Position numbers and translations under genes: made by a program. 64,000 nt of DNA from Candidatus Peribacteria bacterium (lineage in GTDB: Bacteria > Patescibacteriota > Gracilibacteria > Peribacterales > Peribacteraceae), in NCBI GenBank assembly GCA_041691135.1, contig JBEPVF010000008.1, positions 921 to 64,920 of the forward strand. The letters are read 5' to 3'. Below the pieces are notes generated by a model. It searched no databases, was not told the DNA's origin, and was given only the letters and a program-made list of their open reading frames with translations. This document shows, in pieces, positions 62,056-64,000 of this stretch (the first letter of the stretch is position 1; every line of letters starts with the position of its first letter).

Positions 62056-63297
62056 TCAGCGTGTTGCATCAATTGTCGCTCCGCCTTCGGCATATGGGGC
62101 GCTGACAGTAATTCTGCCGTTCTCTTTGTTCAGTATGATGCGGTAGTGTGTGTGGCCAGCCGGGGCTTGCGGGTCCTGTGGGATTGCAATCAAATACGTG
62201 CCATTGTCAGTCAGGGTACGCAAATCGACGCAATCTTTAACCGAATTGCTTGTTTTCTGAGTAGTCGATGGGCAGATCTCCTGGGCGGTCAGTGTGGGGA
62301 TAGTTCCGGGAAGAACACCATTATTATCAATTCCATATTGATACACCGCATTCAGAATGGTGAACACATCGGCTTTGCGCTGTGTATTGCGGGCATCGCT
62401 CAGTTGGGCCAACGGCGATGGCGGCATCAGGGAGGGGAGGGATGGCAGGCCCAGATCAGTGCCGAACGTGCTGCCAAATTCCTCGATGGTTATGGCATCG
62501 GCCGTAGCGGTGACGGAGGGCGGTGCGGCCTTGGTAGCATTTATCACGATCGAGCCGTACGTGGTTCCTTGCTGGATCAAAAGGTACAATTTGGCACTCA
62601 CCAATGCGTTATGACTGTCGGTCTCCACTTTCAACGATACGTCGCCGTCGGTTAATTGCGCTTTTCGTGCAGCGATGCGTTTGTCCTTGGCCGAGGCGAA
62701 CTCATTCGTCATCGCGTCCGATGAGCTGCTGAGAGATTGCAGGAATTCAGCGCGCGCTTCGGGTTTGAGTGTCAGCTTGTAGATATGGCCATTTCCGGTG
62801 ACGGTATCTTCGATGTTGAAGCGGTCATCAAAGCCGGACAGACCTTGCCGTATCTCATCCAGAGGCGAGGATGTCACTTCCTGATTGAGCGGCGTCGTAA
62901 TCCACTTCTTCTGCAAGAGTGAAAATTTGCTCAGCAGGGCGGCGTTTTCGTAGCTTCCATCCAGAGAGGTGAGACGAAAAAATCCATTGGTGCCATCCGA
63001 CAGTGCATCGAGTTTGATGCGGAGATTGAGTGCATTCTGCGCCTTGAGGTCGACAGTTGTTTTCCATGTCCCTTTGCCGGTTGTGCCATCCTGCCAGTTC
63101 ACTTCCTGCGTTCCATTGACCCACGCCGCCAAATAACTTCCCTTGGTTGTATCTCCGGCATGCGCCTCGATGGAGACGGTAAGCGTTGGTGGAAGATTCG
63201 TCAGGACAGCCATCACATCACTGGGGGTTGCGGCATTGGCGATAGCGGGCAGTAAAAGGCTGCCGACCAGACAGAGCGCGAAATGGCGTTGCGTCAT
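62056..63297 (-). CDS. secreted hypothetical protein with a C-terminal pilin-like segment
   Basis: Signal peptide MTQRHFALCLVGSLLLPAIANA from the ATG at 63297. C-terminal LSDARNTQRKADVFTILNAVYQYGIDNNGVLPG resembles the post-helix region of type IV pilin-like proteins. Confidence 0.5.
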   Translation of the reverse strand: MTQRHFALCLVGSLLLPAIANAATPSDVMAVLTNLPPTLTVSIEAHAGDTTKGSYLAAWVNGTQEVNWQDGTTGKGTWKTTVDLKAQNALNLRIKLDALSDGTNGFFRLTSLDGSYENAALLSKFSLLQKKWITTPLNQEVTSSPLDEIRQGLSGFDDRFNIEDTVTGNGHIYKLTLKPEARAEFLQSLSSSSDAMTNEFASAKDKRIAARKAQLTDGDVSLKVETDSHNALVSAKLYLLIQQGTTYGSIVINATKAAPPSVTATADAITIEEFGSTFGTDLGLPSLPSLMPPSPLAQLSDARNTQRKADVFTILNAVYQYGIDNNGVLPGTIPTLTAQEICPSTTQKTSNSVKDCVDLRTLTDNGTYLIAIPQDPQAPAGHTHYRIILNKENGRITVSAPYAEGGATIDATR

Positions 63298-63570
63298 GAA
63301 GAAAAGGGGAAGTGCGTCCAGCGTAGCAGAGAGTGTGGCGGTGGTCATATGCTCTGGAAAATCGGTAATAATCGGCCGAAACATGCGTCACTACTGAGGC
63401 ATTTTCCTCCGCTTCCCATGTACCAATACTTTTCGCACCTCGCTGCCCTCGGTCCGGTCCGCTATCGCTATCTTGCCCGTCTGCAATCCAAGCGTCGCCT
63501 CGTTCCCTCCAAACTGAAGCAGGAGGAAGACGTGATGGAGGAGACGGATGAGGAGATAGTTCTTTAGAAA

Positions 63571-63694
63571 GGTGACCGATGTGACCGAAGAAACAGAGGT
63601 GGCAGAGGAGTGCGAGTATGAGGATTCATCCTCTTTGTTTCTTCTGCATCCTATCCTCTGTCACATCGGTCACCTCTGATACCTCAGTTTCCTC
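63571..63694. repeat. 9-bp-periodic palindromic intergenic repeat (full copy)
   Basis: ggtgaccgat gtgaccgaa gaaacagag gtggcagag ... cctctgtcacatcggtcacc. Perfect 15-bp inverted repeat at 63571-85 / 63660-74, with an inner hairpin gaggat-tc-atcctc. Confidence 0.65.
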
Positions 63695-63696
63695 AA

Positions 63697-63726
63697 AAAA
63701 ATACCCCACCATCCGGCAGGGTATTC
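63697..63726 (-). terminator. rplL terminator
   Basis: On the minus strand: aataccc-(12 nt)-gggtatt followed by ttttttt, 18 nt after the rplL stop. Confidence 0.65.
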
Positions 63727-63743
63727 TTTTATCTACAGTAGAC

Positions 63744-64000
63744 TTATTTGAGGGTCACCTTTGCGCCAGCCTCTTCGAGCTTCTTCTTCATTGTCTCGGC
63801 ATCGGCCTTGGGCACTGCTTCTTTGACGATCTTCGGTGCGCCATCGACCATCGCCTTGGCATCGCCGAGGGCGAGGCCGGTGATTTCGCGGATCACCTTG
63901 ATAACGGCGATCTTCTGGGCACCAGAGTCGGTCAGTTCGACGTTGTACTGGTTCTTCTCTTCGACTGCAGCGGCATCACCGCCAGCGGCGGGAGCGGCAG
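63744..64000 (-). CDS. rplL: 50S ribosomal protein L7/L12 (3' part; runs off the window)
   Basis: Hand translation of the minus strand: ...[75 protein letters not shown]. Confidence 0.9.
   Translation of the reverse strand, partial: AAPAAGGDAAAVEEKNQYNVELTDSGAQKIAVIKVIREITGLALGDAKAMVDGAPKIVKEAVPKADAETMKKKLEEAGAKVTLK

Noticed and set aside
37211-63694. Short periodic repeats (9-bp units) considered as a possible CRISPR array.
   Set aside because: The units are 9 bp and contiguous, with no 24-48-bp direct repeats separated by unique spacers. The copies are dispersed and palindromic, and no cas genes are in the window.
1-64000. Possibility of an alternative genetic code (for example UGA recoded), as in some uncultivated lineages.
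   Set aside because: Housekeeping genes (valS, pnp, pcrA, P-type ATPase) are full length and uninterrupted under the standard code, with UGA used as a stop, for example at the end of DGR target 2 (8308-8310).

Overview
Bacterial chromosomal window: standard genetic code, with dense long ORFs on both strands. I cannot assign the lineage by eye. The first ~16.5 kb looks like an accessory or defence-type island. (1) It holds a complete diversity-generating retroelement (DGR): template repeat 8726-8843, DGR-type reverse transcriptase 9251-10300, and an Avd homolog 8887-9237 on the opposite strand. The DGR diversifies the C-termini of two apparently cytoplasmic proteins. One target is a MoxR/AAA_5-like ATPase encoded directly after a transglutaminase-vWA protein and an HTH protein. 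(2) A DUF2779-type nuclease gene. (3) An IS200/IS605 copy with matching flanking hairpins. (4) A tightly packed four-gene type III CBASS operon: CD-NTase, HORMA, Trip13-like AAA+, and an unusual 164-aa single-TM protein in the effector slot. It is divergent from a LexA-like S24 repressor, with two palindromes between them. (5) An aberrant tRNA-like gene. The remaining ~47 kb is mostly housekeeping or ordinary cargo: P-type ATPase, phospholipid genes including a CarS-like gene, comEC, rsmA, pcrA, rmuC, rpsO-pnp, valS, lexA plus a Y-family polymerase, an LCP protein, and the rplL 3' end. Several uncharacterised non-coding features sit among these genes: a 9-bp-periodic palindromic repeat family (4 loci); a GC-rich palindromic repeat that flanks a DUF559 gene and sits in-frame inside the polymerase gene; and three small-gene cassettes sharing a conserved leader at 40.1-42.1 kb. 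The most interesting candidate is the DGR-diversified AAA+/vWA/transglutaminase module. All calls come from reading the sequence and ORF track by eye; no searches were run.
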